DNA of 64,000 nt from Cytophagaceae bacterium (GTDB lineage Bacteria; Bacteroidota; Bacteroidia; Cytophagales; Cytophagaceae): positions 3,423-67,422 of the forward strand of contig JAQZBV010000002.1 in NCBI GenBank assembly GCA_029237685.1, read 5' to 3'. The notes under the pieces are model-generated. The model made no database searches. It saw only the letters and a list, made by a program, of their open reading frames with translations, and was not told the origin of the DNA. A program made the translations under genes and the position numbers. This document shows, piece by piece, positions 26,066 through 35,901 of this stretch (position 1 is the first letter of the stretch; every line of letters begins with the position of its first letter).

Positions 26066-29047
26066 TTATTCTTGTTCTTTGCTTAAGCGACTATTTCGGT
26101 ATCGCTTGTTCAGCATGTCGTCGTATTTCAACGCCAGGGTATTGTTCCCCGCTGTGCGCATGCTACGGGAAAGGATGTCTAGAATATTCAAAGCTTGCAT
26201 TTCTCTGCTGGAATAACGGATGTGGTGGTTTTGGAAATAACCCAATAGCTCATCCGCCTTCATGGCCATGTCTTCTGCCAACGCAACGGCTTTTTGATTG
26301 TCACCGAGTTCAAGCAATAAAGGCACAAACATCGCCGAGTTGTAATCGTAAGGAATAGCAGAAGCCGGTATTTTTTCAAGAGCAAACTCTACTACTTTTT
26401 TCGCTTTGTCTTTTTGACCTTCTCTTAGCAATTGGCTCGCCAGATTGTAGAGCTCGCTGCGGTGGTTGCTTGTGAAGCGGTAGTAGTCTTCGTTATAGAA
26501 GATGGTGGAGTCATCCAATCCTTTATAAGAGAATTTATTGATCATGTTGTCGTACATGATGTCTGTATCGATCCAGCCGGACTTAACACCCGGAATGCTT
26601 AAAGGAAGCAGGCGGTAAGCCAAACCTTCCAATTGCATGTAGGGTTTAAGGTCGAGGAATTCATCTCCTGAAAGAGTAGTAGAGAAGTAAATCGGACGCT
26701 TCCAGTTGTTGGCAGCAATCATATCCAGCATGATCAGTGATTTTTTATCCAGGTTATTTTTATTGATTTTCCACTTCAGGGTTTTCAATACAAAAGGCTG
26801 GAATTTAGGATTCACCAAAGGTGCTACGACACTGGTGTCAATAGGTAGTGTAAAGGTTTGAGAAGGATAAGTCGTGATCAAATCGCCTTCGTTCATACGG
26901 CTTACACGTTCGTCTCTTTTATTGACGAGTTTTAAATAACCGGGTAAAGAAACACCATCAGTATAACGATTTTGTTTGTCGAAATAGATCATATCGTTCA
27001 CGCCGGCCGTGTAGTTTTCACTCTTGATGTCGATAGGCAGGGAGTCTGATAAATAAGACTGTCGTTTCATTTGATTGATGTACCAATCGGTGTTCAATAA
27101 GCTCAGGTTGCATACTCTGACATCGGTACGGAAGCCTTCTACTTCCTGTGCATACCACAGTGGATAGGTATCGTTGTCTCCACCGGTAAATAAAATGGCA
27201 TTCGGTGCACAGGAGTTCAAAATGTTTTTGGCTCCGTCTACCTGGAAGTAGCGCTTGGAACGATCGTGGTCGTCCCATCCTTCCGCAATCATAAGTGCAG
27301 GGATAAACAACAAGGCAAGCGTAATAATGGCTGGTCTTAAGGTTTCACTTTTAATTATTTTACGCAAGATGTCATCCAGGAAGAGCACTGACAGACCGAT
27401 CCAGAACGCGAATGCATAGAAAGATCCGGCAAACACATAATCTCTTTCTCTAGGTTCTACAGGTTGCGGGTTGGCATATAAGATAATGGCCAGACCGGTA
27501 AAGAACCAAAGCATAGCGATCACACTACCGTCTTTTTTGTTTTTACTGAAGTGAAACACCATACCCAATAATCCGGCGATCAAAGGAAGCATGTAAAAGT
27601 TGTTGCGGGCTTTGTTCTCCCTAATTTCTGCAGGAATCGAATCATCAAACCATTCACTCGGCATCAACCAGTTGGAGTTTTGTTCATCTCCTTCACGACC
27701 GGCAAAGTTCCACATGAAGTACCTCCAGTACATGTGTCCCATTTGATAGGTAAACATAAAACCTACGTTTTGGAAGAAGGTAGGTTTTTGTCCTTCTTTC
27801 AAACCTGACCAATCGCGATAAGCGCGAATGTGATGTGGTTGCGTGCTGTACATGCGCGGGAACAACATCATGTGTTCTTTTTTGTAGATGTATTCACTCT
27901 TGTAATCCGTGATTACATATTTGTCCTCTCCCTTTTCATCTTTGCCGGGCGCATATACGGCGGATGTCTTTTTTACATCAATCGGATATCCGGCAGTGTA
28001 TACTGGTCCCCAAACTAAAGGACGATCTCCGTATTGCTCTCTTTTTAAATAAGAGATGAAAGACATTACGTTTTCAGGATCGTTCATGTCGATGGTAGGA
28101 TTGAACTGAGAACGGATCAGAATAACACCATAAGAAGCGAATCCTAACAGGATGAACGTGAAAGACAATAAGGAAAGGTTCAGCCAGCGCTTTTGATTTT
28201 TAATGGAATAGCGAATGCCATAGATCAATGCGGCGATCAACAGAAGAACAAAAATGATTGCACCTGTACCAAATGATAAGTGCAAGACATTGACAAAGAA
28301 GATTTCAAACTTAGCGGCTAATGTCGGCAAGCCCGGGATGATACCTACCATGATGATACCGACACCCAATAAACTCAGCAATAGCGTAGCGATGATACCG
28401 CCTGCTGTGGGTTCTTTGTATTTTTTGAAATAATACACCAAAGCCAATGCTGGAATAGCGGTCAGGTTCAATAAATGGACGCCAATCGATAAACCCATGC
28501 CGTAGGCGATGATCAGGAACCAACGGTCAGAGCCTTCTTCTTCAGAATGCGCTTCCCATTTCAGGATGGCCCAGAAAATGAAAGCCGTAAGGAAAGAAGA
28601 CATGGCGTATACTTCGGCTTCTTCTGAAGAAAACCAGAAGGTATCAGAGAAAGCATAAGCCAAACTTCCGATTAAACCACTGCCGATGATAGCGATGATG
28701 TTGCCAGTAGAGAGTACCGGGTTTTCACGGGAGACTAATTTTTTAGCCACCAACGTGATGGACCAGAATAAGAAAAGAATGGTTAAGCTGCTTGAAATAG
28801 CTGCGGTCATGTTGATCCAGTAGGCCACCTGTGTCACATCACCCATGGCGAAGAAAGAGAACAAGCGTCCGATCAGCAAGAATATAGGCGCTCCCGGAGG
28901 ATGGGGCACCATTAGTTTATAAGAAGTTGAAATGAACTCTCCGCAATCCCAGAAACTGGATGTCGGTTCTAGCGTTAAAACATAAACAAGAGTGGCAATA
29001 GCGAAGACAAGCCAGCCGGTAATGTTATTGATTCTCTGATAATTCAT
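26066..29047 (-). CDS. DUF2723 / TMEM260-like GT-C membrane glycosyltransferase
   Basis: 993-aa polytopic ORF. The N-terminal LEPTSSFWDCGEFISTSYKLMVPHPPGAPIF is the family signature. The C-terminal region is soluble and helical-repeat. Confidence 0.85.
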   Translation of the reverse strand: MNYQRINNITGWLVFAIATLVYVLTLEPTSSFWDCGEFISTSYKLMVPHPPGAPIFLLIGRLFSFFAMGDVTQVAYWINMTAAISSSLTILFLFWSITLVAKKLVSRENPVLSTGNIIAIIGSGLIGSLAYAFSDTFWFSSEEAEVYAMSSFLTAFIFWAILKWEAHSEEEGSDRWFLIIAYGMGLSIGVHLLNLTAIPALALVYYFKKYKEPTAGGIIATLLLSLLGVGIIMVGIIPGLPTLAAKFEIFFVNVLHLSFGTGAIIFVLLLIAALIYGIRYSIKNQKRWLNLSLLSFTFILLGFASYGVILIRSQFNPTIDMNDPENVMSFISYLKREQYGDRPLVWGPVYTAGYPIDVKKTSAVYAPGKDEKGEDKYVITDYKSEYIYKKEHMMLFPRMYSTQPHHIRAYRDWSGLKEGQKPTFFQNVGFMFTYQMGHMYWRYFMWNFAGREGDEQNSNWLMPSEWFDDSIPAEIRENKARNNFYMLPLIAGLLGMVFHFSKNKKDGSVIAMLWFFTGLAIILYANPQPVEPRERDYVFAGSFYAFAFWIGLSVLFLDDILRKIIKSETLRPAIITLALLFIPALMIAEGWDDHDRSKRYFQVDGAKNILNSCAPNAILFTGGDNDTYPLWYAQEVEGFRTDVRVCNLSLLNTDWYINQMKRQSYLSDSLPIDIKSENYTAGVNDMIYFDKQNRYTDGVSLPGYLKLVNKRDERVSRMNEGDLITTYPSQTFTLPIDTSVVAPLVNPKFQPFVLKTLKWKINKNNLDKKSLIMLDMIAANNWKRPIYFSTTLSGDEFLDLKPYMQLEGLAYRLLPLSIPGVKSGWIDTDIMYDNMINKFSYKGLDDSTIFYNEDYYRFTSNHRSELYNLASQLLREGQKDKAKKVVEFALEKIPASAIPYDYNSAMFVPLLLELGDNQKAVALAEDMAMKADELLGYFQNHHIRYSSREMQALNILDILSRSMRTAGNNTLALKYDDMLNKRYRNSRLSKEQE

Positions 29048-29096
29048 AATAAAATGTATTGTTAGCGCAAAAAGCGAAGTTAGAAAAATAAACGCT

Positions 29097-29180
29097 AAAA
29101 ACTGTGAAAACTGATAACGGAAAACTGAAAACAGGTAAAAATCTTTTTATCAGTTCTCAGTTTTCCGTTCTCAGTTTTCT
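29097..29180. repeat. GAAAACTGA-word hairpin overlapping the 3' end of the ABC exporter gene
   Basis: Left arm gaaaactgataacggaaaactga, right arm tcagttttccgttctcagttttc (1 mismatch). The exporter's last codons gaa aac TGA are part of the right arm. Confidence 0.8.
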
Positions 29181-30937
29181 ACTTTAAACTGCACCGTCGC
29201 CATCTTGCTATAAATCCCTCCAAGACGCACCAATTCCTTATGGCTGCCTCGTTCCTTGATCTCTCCTTTTTCTATAACTAAAATAGTGTCAGCGTGTTGT
29301 ACGGTAGAAAGGCGATGAGCAATCACGATGGCGGTACGTCCTTTCATCAATTTCAGAATCGCTTCCTGAATCAATTCCTCTGTTTCACCATCAATAGAAG
29401 AGGTAGCTTCATCCAGAATGATGATTTTAGGATCATAAACCAGGGTGCGGATGAAGGAGATCAATTGACGTTGTCCCACCGATAAGGTACCGCCCCGTTC
29501 CATGACCGGATAGTCCAATTGCCCGTGCAATTGGCGGATAAAAGGAGCCGCACCCACTAATTCCGCTGCTTCCCAAATCCGCTCATCGCTGATGTCGGGA
29601 TTGTGCAGGGTAATGTTGTTGCGTATGCTATCGGAAAACAAAAAGACATCTTGCAATACGGTACCAATCTGTGAGCGGAGATTGCTCAATTCATAGTCGC
29701 GCACATCGACCCCATCAATAAGAATAGCTCCTTTTTGTATATCATACAAGCGTGAAATGAGATTGATGACAGATGATTTTCCTGCTCCCGTAGGCCCCAC
29801 GAGGGCGAAGGTTTGTCCTTCCTTTACCGTAAAACTGATGTCTTTCAGTACAAAATGTTCTGCATCGTAGCCAAACGATACGTGATCGAAAGTCACTTCT
29901 CCGGCAATGTTTTTTTGAACCGTTCCATTCTCAGCGATTTCTTCTTTGTCTTCCAGTAATTTGAAAATACGGTCTGCGCTGACTGCAGCCAATTGCAAGG
30001 TATTGAAGCGATCGGCAATCATGCGGATAGGGCGGAAAAACATCGAAATGTACATGATGAAAGAAATCAAGGTTCCCGCGGTGGTATAACCGGCCAGCAC
30101 TTCTTTCGAACCCATCCATACCAATAAACCGGCTGCTGAAGCACCAATGATTTCAGCGATGGGGAAATAAATGGAGTAGTAGAGCACCGATTTTAAATTG
30201 GCGTCGCGGTGTTCTTTGTTGATGGATTCAAATTTTTTGTACTCACGCTCTTCACTGTTGAAGATCTGAACCACCGCCATGCCCGTGATGTGCTCCTGCA
30301 CAAACGTATTGAGGTTGGAAACCGCGGTTCGCACCAAGTTGAATGAATGTTTGATGCTTTCCTTAAAGACATAGGTGCTGATCAATAAAATAGGGAGTAC
30401 CGATAAACTGATGAGCGTCAATTTCCAGTTCATGTACAGCATGAATGACAAAATGAAAGCGAGCTGTAACACATCGCCCAAAATGCCGGCGAGTCCTTCA
30501 CTCGTGAAGTTGGACAAGGTTTCAATGTCCGAAATGTTGCGGGTAACGAGGCGGCCAATGGGAGTCTTGTCAAAAAAACTCAGCCGAAAACGCATCAGGT
30601 GGGCATAGAGCTTGATGCGTATGTCGCGAATGATGCTCTGCCCCAGCCAGTCTGCGAGGTAAGTATTGGCATAAGACAGCAAGGTATGCAGAACGAGAAT
30701 AGCCAATAATAAGGCCACCATGTAGTACAAGCCCATCATATCACCTACTGCAATCTGGTGATCAATGGTGTACTGAACAATGTAAGGTTTTACTGTTGCC
30801 AACGCGGCAACCACAACGGTCAGTAAAAGTTCGAGTATGAATAAGCCACGGTAAGGTTTGATGTAACGGGCCAGTTTGGAAGTGACCTCGATGTCAAATA
30901 AGTTACCGCTTACTTTGGCTGCTGTTTCTTTTTTCAA
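29171..30937 (-). CDS. ABC exporter, fused permease/ATPase (MsbA/multidrug-type)
   Basis: 588 aa with a six-TM N-terminal half, Walker A GPTGAGKSS, signature LSVGQRQ and Walker B IIILDEATS. Confidence 0.9.
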   Translation of the reverse strand: MKKETAAKVSGNLFDIEVTSKLARYIKPYRGLFILELLLTVVVAALATVKPYIVQYTIDHQIAVGDMMGLYYMVALLLAILVLHTLLSYANTYLADWLGQSIIRDIRIKLYAHLMRFRLSFFDKTPIGRLVTRNISDIETLSNFTSEGLAGILGDVLQLAFILSFMLYMNWKLTLISLSVLPILLISTYVFKESIKHSFNLVRTAVSNLNTFVQEHITGMAVVQIFNSEEREYKKFESINKEHRDANLKSVLYYSIYFPIAEIIGASAAGLLVWMGSKEVLAGYTTAGTLISFIMYISMFFRPIRMIADRFNTLQLAAVSADRIFKLLEDKEEIAENGTVQKNIAGEVTFDHVSFGYDAEHFVLKDISFTVKEGQTFALVGPTGAGKSSVINLISRLYDIQKGAILIDGVDVRDYELSNLRSQIGTVLQDVFLFSDSIRNNITLHNPDISDERIWEAAELVGAAPFIRQLHGQLDYPVMERGGTLSVGQRQLISFIRTLVYDPKIIILDEATSSIDGETEELIQEAILKLMKGRTAIVIAHRLSTVQHADTILVIEKGEIKERGSHKELVRLGGIYSKMATVQFKVEN

Positions 30938-30972
30938 CGATGCTATGCTTTTGAAAGGTGGATGTTTTACTC

Positions 30973-31059
30973 GTTGTTGGTACGATAGCTATCGGTACCA
31001 ACAACTGGAATGTTTAACACGTTTTCATTCCATCAACTTGTTGGCGGGACGCCAACAAG
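30973..31059. repeat. Cluster of three hairpins built on GTTGTTGG / CCAACAAC words (30973-31005, 31007-31031, 31037-31059)
   Basis: gttgttggtacgatagctatcggtaccaacaac; ggaatg...cattcc; cttgttggcgggacgccaacaag. Confidence 0.75.
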
Positions 31060-31080
31060 AGTAAATTTCTATTCAAAACA

Positions 31081-31602
31081 CTAAACGTTCTGTATACGTT
31101 CCTTTTTTTTCAGGATCATGTACAATTGCCAGGCGCAGGCCATCGCTGTTCCTATCAAAGCTCCTGCCTGGGTGAAATTGTTCATGTTCACTATAATCTC
31201 TACTGTGCGTTGCAAGGCTTTGTCGGTACCGATGAATATGTTTTCAGACAACTGCCCTTTCATCAATACCAAGCCTATCGTAGCAAACGCAATGGCTGTT
31301 ACAATAGCGATGAGGTAAGAAATGATCATGTAGGTGTAGGTCTTCTGAATGCTGCGGTGCATATAGGCAAGCGCGCCGAGAATAATTCCGATAGGGATAC
31401 CTAAGCCCCAGCTTTTGGAAAAACCGATAATAGCGGCACCTACAATGGGTGTCATTTTACCTGAGATTTCATATTGCGGGAAACGGTACTCCGTAAAGAA
31501 CTCCGGTGCCAGCGTGAATACAATCATATCGTAAATGGCTCCGAAACATCCGGAGATGACCGGAGCGATGACGATAAAGAATAGAATAAGAGCGAAGTGC
31601 AT
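31081..31602 (-). CDS. Hypothetical integral membrane protein (about 5 predicted TM segments)
   Basis: 173-aa hydrophobic ORF, 3 nt downstream of the M42 peptidase gene. No family was recognised. Confidence 0.6.
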   Translation of the reverse strand: MHFALILFFIVIAPVISGCFGAIYDMIVFTLAPEFFTEYRFPQYEISGKMTPIVGAAIIGFSKSWGLGIPIGIILGALAYMHRSIQKTYTYMIISYLIAIVTAIAFATIGLVLMKGQLSENIFIGTDKALQRTVEIIVNMNNFTQAGALIGTAMACAWQLYMILKKKERIQNV

Positions 31603-31605
31603 GGA

Positions 31606-32679
31606 TTAAGGTTTTAAGTAGCGGAAATCATGTCCTGATTGCAATTGTGTCACAAATTCATACATGAGTTTGATCACGTCTTCTACATCTTTTTGAGAAA
31701 CCGTTTCTACCGTAGTATGCATGTATTTTAAAGGCAGAGAAATCAAGGCAGAAGCTACGCCTGCATTCGAGTAGGCAAATGAATCGGTGTCTGTTCCGGT
31801 AGAACGTGTAGCAGAAGCGCGTTGAAACGGTATCTCTTTTTGCTGTGCCACGTCAATGATCATTTTCAATAAATTGTTTTGTACGGCTGGTCCGTAAGTC
31901 AATACAGGGCCTTTGCCACATGACAAATCGCCGCTCACCACTTTGCTGTACATCGGTGATTGTGTATCGTGGCATACGTCTGTGATCACCGCTACATCCG
32001 GCTTGATGTGGTGAGCGATCATTTCCGCACCGCGCAAACCGATTTCTTCCTGCACGGCATTCACTACATAAAGGCCGAAGGGTAATTTGATGTTGTTTTC
32101 TTTCAAGAGACGCAAGACTTCAGCGATCATGTAACCACCGATGCGGTTGTCCAACGCGCGGCCCACATAATATTTTCCATTGAGTTCGGTCAGTTCGTCT
32201 ACAAACGTAATCACACAGCCCACATGGATCCCTAAGGCTTCGGCTTCGTCTTTGCTGTCGCAGCCTACATCGATGGTCAGGTTTTTAAGCGTGGGTTGGT
32301 CCTTGTCGTTTTCACGCACGTGGATGGCCGGCCATCCGAATACGCCTTTGACGATTCCTTTATCGGTATGGATGTTGACGCGCATGGACGGAGCGATCAT
32401 GTGATCGGAACCACCGTTTTTGCGAACATAAATATAACCGTCTTTGGTGATGTAATTGACAAACCAGGAGATCTCGTCGGCATGCGCTTCGATCACTACT
32501 TTGTATTCGGCTTTGGGATTTAATACACCGACGGCTGTACCGTAGGTGTCTACAATGAATTCATCTACAAAGGGACGTACATAATCCATCCATATTTGTT
32601 GACCCGAAGATTCGAAGCCGGTAGGTGAAGGATTATTTAAGTATTTGTATAAGAATTCTTTGCTTTGTTCCGTAGCCAT
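31606..32679 (-). CDS. M42-family metallo-aminopeptidase (FrvX/glutamyl aminopeptidase-like)
   Basis: 357 aa with HADEISWFV, GRALDNRIGG and VQEEIGLRGA patterns. Confidence 0.9.
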   Translation of the reverse strand: MATEQSKEFLYKYLNNPSPTGFESSGQQIWMDYVRPFVDEFIVDTYGTAVGVLNPKAEYKVVIEAHADEISWFVNYITKDGYIYVRKNGGSDHMIAPSMRVNIHTDKGIVKGVFGWPAIHVRENDKDQPTLKNLTIDVGCDSKDEAEALGIHVGCVITFVDELTELNGKYYVGRALDNRIGGYMIAEVLRLLKENNIKLPFGLYVVNAVQEEIGLRGAEMIAHHIKPDVAVITDVCHDTQSPMYSKVVSGDLSCGKGPVLTYGPAVQNNLLKMIIDVAQQKEIPFQRASATRSTGTDTDSFAYSNAGVASALISLPLKYMHTTVETVSQKDVEDVIKLMYEFVTQLQSGHDFRYLKP

Positions 32680-32813
32680 AGATTTTTTTGATTTGAACCT
32701 AAAAGTACGGATAGATGGGGTGAAAAAGAAATAATTTTTTATGGAGTAGAGGGTGTATGAAAGAGAGGGACGGAGGATTAAAAATGTACGATACAGCTAT
32801 CATCAGAAGTATT

Positions 32814-32865
32814 GGGGCGTTTCCCTCCCGATAATTATCGGGAGGGCCGGGCTTTCGCCACTCGC
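32814..32865. repeat. GC-rich repeat with internal hairpin (ccctcccgataattatcgggaggg); shares a 22-nt arm with 62529-62563
   Basis: The reverse complement begins gcgagtggcgaaagcccggccc, identical to 62529-62550. Confidence 0.8.
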
Positions 32866-32963
32866 TTTTTTCTTTGAATCAAGCTTTCAGTGCTTTACGA
32901 CGGGATGTCAAAGAAAAAGAGCTCAGACAATGGCTCAATCCCTCACGCGCATTATATTTAGCC

Positions 32964-33899
32964 ATGCAAAAAATAGCGGTCATCGACATGGGCACCAATA
33001 CCTTTCATTTGCTCATTGCGAAAGTTAATCTTACTGGTTACGAAGTTGTATTGGATCATAAACAAGCCGTCAGTCTGGGCCGTGGCGGCATCAATAAACA
33101 CCTTATCATGCCGGATGCGATGGAGAGGGCTTTGTCGGCCTTGCGCAAGTTTAAGGAAACATGCATACTGCATGCGGTAGATCGGGTCTTACTGACCGGT
33201 ACCAGCGCTGTAAGGTCTTCTGATAACCAAGAAGAATTTTTATCGGCCATCAAAAAAGAAACCGGCTGGGATACCTACATCATCAGCGGTGAACAGGAGG
33301 CCGCCTGGATCTTTGAAGGGGTGAAACAAACGGGAATGATTCCTTCCGGTCATTCTTCGTTGCTGGTAGATATCGGCGGCGGCAGTGTGGAGTTTGTACT
33401 GTGCAATGCCAAAGAAGTGCTGTGGAAACAAAGTTTTGAAATCGGAGGACAACGTCTGATGGATAAATTTCAACACGCCGATCCTATTACTGTTCCAGAG
33501 ATCAAAGACATTTCCTATTACCTGCAAGGTATGCTGGAGCCATTGTGGGATAATATAAAGAGCAGAGGCGGTGTGAAAACATTGATCGGATCTTCCGGTT
33601 CGTTTGATACCTTATGCGATATTCATTGCAGACAGCAGGGAATTGTGTTGGATGCGGAGATGAAAGGCTGTCCATTACCGCTAGCGTCTTTTCAAGCGAT
33701 TGCTAAAGACTTGTTGGCTAAGAACCGAGAGGAGCGTCTAGCTACTCCGGGAATGATTGAATTAAGAGTAGATATGATTGTAGTTTCGCTTGTGCTCATC
33801 GAAACACTGATCGCTCAATTAGAAATTGAAGAGATCAATGTTTCGTTTTATGCACTGAAGGAAGGGTTGATGAGTTTGGTGGTGAACGGTAAGCTGTAA
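32964..33899 (+). CDS. Ppx/GppA-family phosphatase (single ASKHA-fold catalytic module)
   Basis: Track ORF 32874-33899 trimmed to ATG 32964 (MQKIAVIDMGTNTFHLLIA is the phosphate-1 motif). DIGGGSVEF is the phosphate-2 motif. Confidence 0.8.
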   Translation: MQKIAVIDMGTNTFHLLIAKVNLTGYEVVLDHKQAVSLGRGGINKHLIMPDAMERALSALRKFKETCILHAVDRVLLTGTSAVRSSDNQEEFLSAIKKETGWDTYIISGEQEAAWIFEGVKQTGMIPSGHSSLLVDIGGGSVEFVLCNAKEVLWKQSFEIGGQRLMDKFQHADPITVPEIKDISYYLQGMLEPLWDNIKSRGGVKTLIGSSGSFDTLCDIHCRQQGIVLDAEMKGCPLPLASFQAIAKDLLAKNREERLATPGMIELRVDMIVVSLVLIETLIAQLEIEEINVSFYALKEGLMSLVVNGKL

Positions 33900-33905
33900 T
33901 GAAAA

Positions 33906-33966
33906 GGGACGAGCTAGGAGCTAGGAGGGACGAATATTCCGTCCCTCCTAGCTCCTAGCTCGTCCC
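33906..33966. repeat. Perfect 27-bp-stem palindrome made of GCTAGGAG words between convergent genes; bidirectional terminator-like
   Basis: gggacgagctaggagctaggagggacg (33906-33932) pairs perfectly with cgtccctcctagctcctagctcgtccc (33940-33966). The loop is 7 nt. Confidence 0.95.
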
Positions 33967-33971
33967 TAATT

Positions 33972-35606
33972 TTAAAGTCCCTGCACCGTCTTACCTTTTG
34001 GATACTTCACAGAATACTTCAATAAAATTTCTTTTGTTTCGTTCGGTGCTACTGTCAGGTCCCAAGTAATCTTGCCGGTTTCGGTTTCTACTTTACCACC
34101 GTTGGCATCGATCAGTTCTACTTCTATCTGGCTGTTGCTACTGACCGGGATTTGATCTTCGATGCGAATACTCACGTTTTCTTTTTTCGTGTTTCTGATT
34201 TTGATGCGGTAAGCATATTCTTCTTTCTTATTGGAGCCGATCAGTTTTTTACTGCTGAAGTCTTTGACCTGTTCGCGCTCGATCAACACTTTGGGATCTG
34301 CACCCAGTGACAAACTCAAGGTGTCTTTGAAATTGAGGGGATCTAAATAAGATTCGCCTACAAAATTGTTTTGGTAATAGAGTTGTGCTGTGCCCGGCAA
34401 TAGGGCTAAACTTTCCCAACCGGTGATGTCTGCCAATAAGTAAGCGGAAGTGCTCAGCTTAGGCACGGCACCGTGTCTGAAAGATACAGGCAGGTTGTAG
34501 TTTTGTACGTCCACCAATTGTCCCGTAGCATTGGATTCAATAGTATAAGGTAGTGCGATATCAAATTCTGCGAAGAGAGAAGTTTCAACGACGGTGGTAT
34601 AATCGGCGGACGATTCCGATTCATCAATGAAAGCGCTGTCTCCATTAGATAGCATGATGTTTTTTTCTTCCGCAGAAATAATTCCTTCTGGTGCATAGTA
34701 GCGACCACTTTTTTTCTTAGATGCTTTGTTATAGATCGGCTCATAAAATGCCAAATCCCACTTGTTCAATGTCGGTTTCGTTCCGTCAATAGAAGGATTA
34801 GTCGTACTCAATTTTAATTTTACATTGTCCCAGTTCAAGCCTGTTTCCTGTACCACTTGTGCTTTGTAAGCCAATTGCACTTCCTTGCCCTGATCTTTGG
34901 TACGAAGGTCATATAGCGGATACCAGCGCGCATTGCCGGTGATGTATTCTAAATTCAACTGCACGTTTTGTGCTACTTTAGAAGATAGTTTGATGATGAC
35001 ATCAGAGGAAGGCCTGTTGATTTCTTTACGAACAATATTTAATTGTTGATTGTACTTGTTCAGTTCCTTTTGCAGTTTATTCATGAGGATGCTATTGGTC
35101 AATTGCGTCTTGCGTATATCGGTCAATCGTTCTCTGTAAAAGTCTGCCATGTCTTCCAGCTCTAAAGCTTTCAGATTAGCATCGTTGCCTTTCATGCTTT
35201 GATTGGCCAATATCATTTTTTCTTCTTCTATAAATACTTGTCTCATTTCAGAGAGTACGTTAATTTGGTTGGTCAGCGAAAAGATAGAATCCTCCAAGGC
35301 TTTCGTTTCTTCACCAGTTTTGTGGGGATTGAGGTAATTGATTTTATGTTGTACACCCAACAAAATGTAATCGCCTTTGCCGGTCACTTGAATACTTTTC
35401 GGGAATAAACCTGCCGGAAGATTTTTGATTTCTACTTCTGTTACTCCTGCATTAAGCGAACAGTTCACGCGGTTACCCACTTGCGCTTTGTCTAAAAAAA
35501 CGGTGACGGTTTTAATTTCTGCTTTGGCTTGTATGCGGTTGGTGGTTTGTGCCTTTGCTGCAAAAACAGAAAGAGTTAGGATGAAGAGTAAAGAAATTTT
35601 TTTCAT
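33972..35606 (-). CDS. DUF4139/DUF4140-like secreted protein (MuiA-like family, unverified)
   Basis: Track ORF trimmed to ATG 35606 (MKKISLLFILTLSVFAAKAQ signal). The protein has a beta-rich N-terminus, a central coiled-coil segment and a beta-rich C-terminus. Confidence 0.65.
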   Translation of the reverse strand: MKKISLLFILTLSVFAAKAQTTNRIQAKAEIKTVTVFLDKAQVGNRVNCSLNAGVTEVEIKNLPAGLFPKSIQVTGKGDYILLGVQHKINYLNPHKTGEETKALEDSIFSLTNQINVLSEMRQVFIEEEKMILANQSMKGNDANLKALELEDMADFYRERLTDIRKTQLTNSILMNKLQKELNKYNQQLNIVRKEINRPSSDVIIKLSSKVAQNVQLNLEYITGNARWYPLYDLRTKDQGKEVQLAYKAQVVQETGLNWDNVKLKLSTTNPSIDGTKPTLNKWDLAFYEPIYNKASKKKSGRYYAPEGIISAEEKNIMLSNGDSAFIDESESSADYTTVVETSLFAEFDIALPYTIESNATGQLVDVQNYNLPVSFRHGAVPKLSTSAYLLADITGWESLALLPGTAQLYYQNNFVGESYLDPLNFKDTLSLSLGADPKVLIEREQVKDFSSKKLIGSNKKEEYAYRIKIRNTKKENVSIRIEDQIPVSSNSQIEVELIDANGGKVETETGKITWDLTVAPNETKEILLKYSVKYPKGKTVQGL

Positions 35607-35650
35607 AGCTGGAATGATAGAAGGTTTATGCAATCAGTTTTATTTAGGCT

Positions 35651-35766
35651 GCGTGAGGGATAGCAGCGGAAAGCCCACAGCGAGCAGCAACGTATGTTTT
35701 GAAACTAGAGGTTATTGCGAGCGAGGACTTGCAGCGGATAGCCCGACCCATAGGGGCACGCCCAAA
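35651..35766. repeat. Inverted copy of the GC-rich bipartite repeat seen at 19928-20042
   Basis: gcgtgagggatagcagcggaaagcccacagcgag ... cgagcgaggacttgcagcggatagcccgacccataggggcacgcccaaa. Confidence 0.85.
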
Positions 35767-35901
35767 TTCATTAAATGCTAAGCTCAAAACTAAACCTCAG
35801 ATTTATATTCTTTAGCAATAAACTTAATCAAAATCATATAATTATCATTTTCCCCACATAATCTATTGAAAATTTTCACCGATTATATCTAATTTGCGTG
35901 A

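Noticed and set aside
32874-32963. Upstream extensions of several track ORFs (32874 for Ppx/GppA, 40433 for the Zn-finger protein, 36962 for OmpA, 46368 and 47919 for the WG proteins, 3836 for the OMP, 35633 for DUF4139)
   Set aside because: Each extension reads through an intergenic repeat or the neighbouring gene's end. Each also precedes an internal Met that begins a proper signal peptide or catalytic motif, so the starts were moved to those Mets.
35425-35781. 118-aa ORF spanning the 5' end of the DUF4139-like gene (antisense) and the GC-rich repeat
   Set aside because: The GC-rich repeat at 35651-35766 keeps it open. An inverted copy of that DNA at 19928-20042 is non-coding. There is no start context or protein features.
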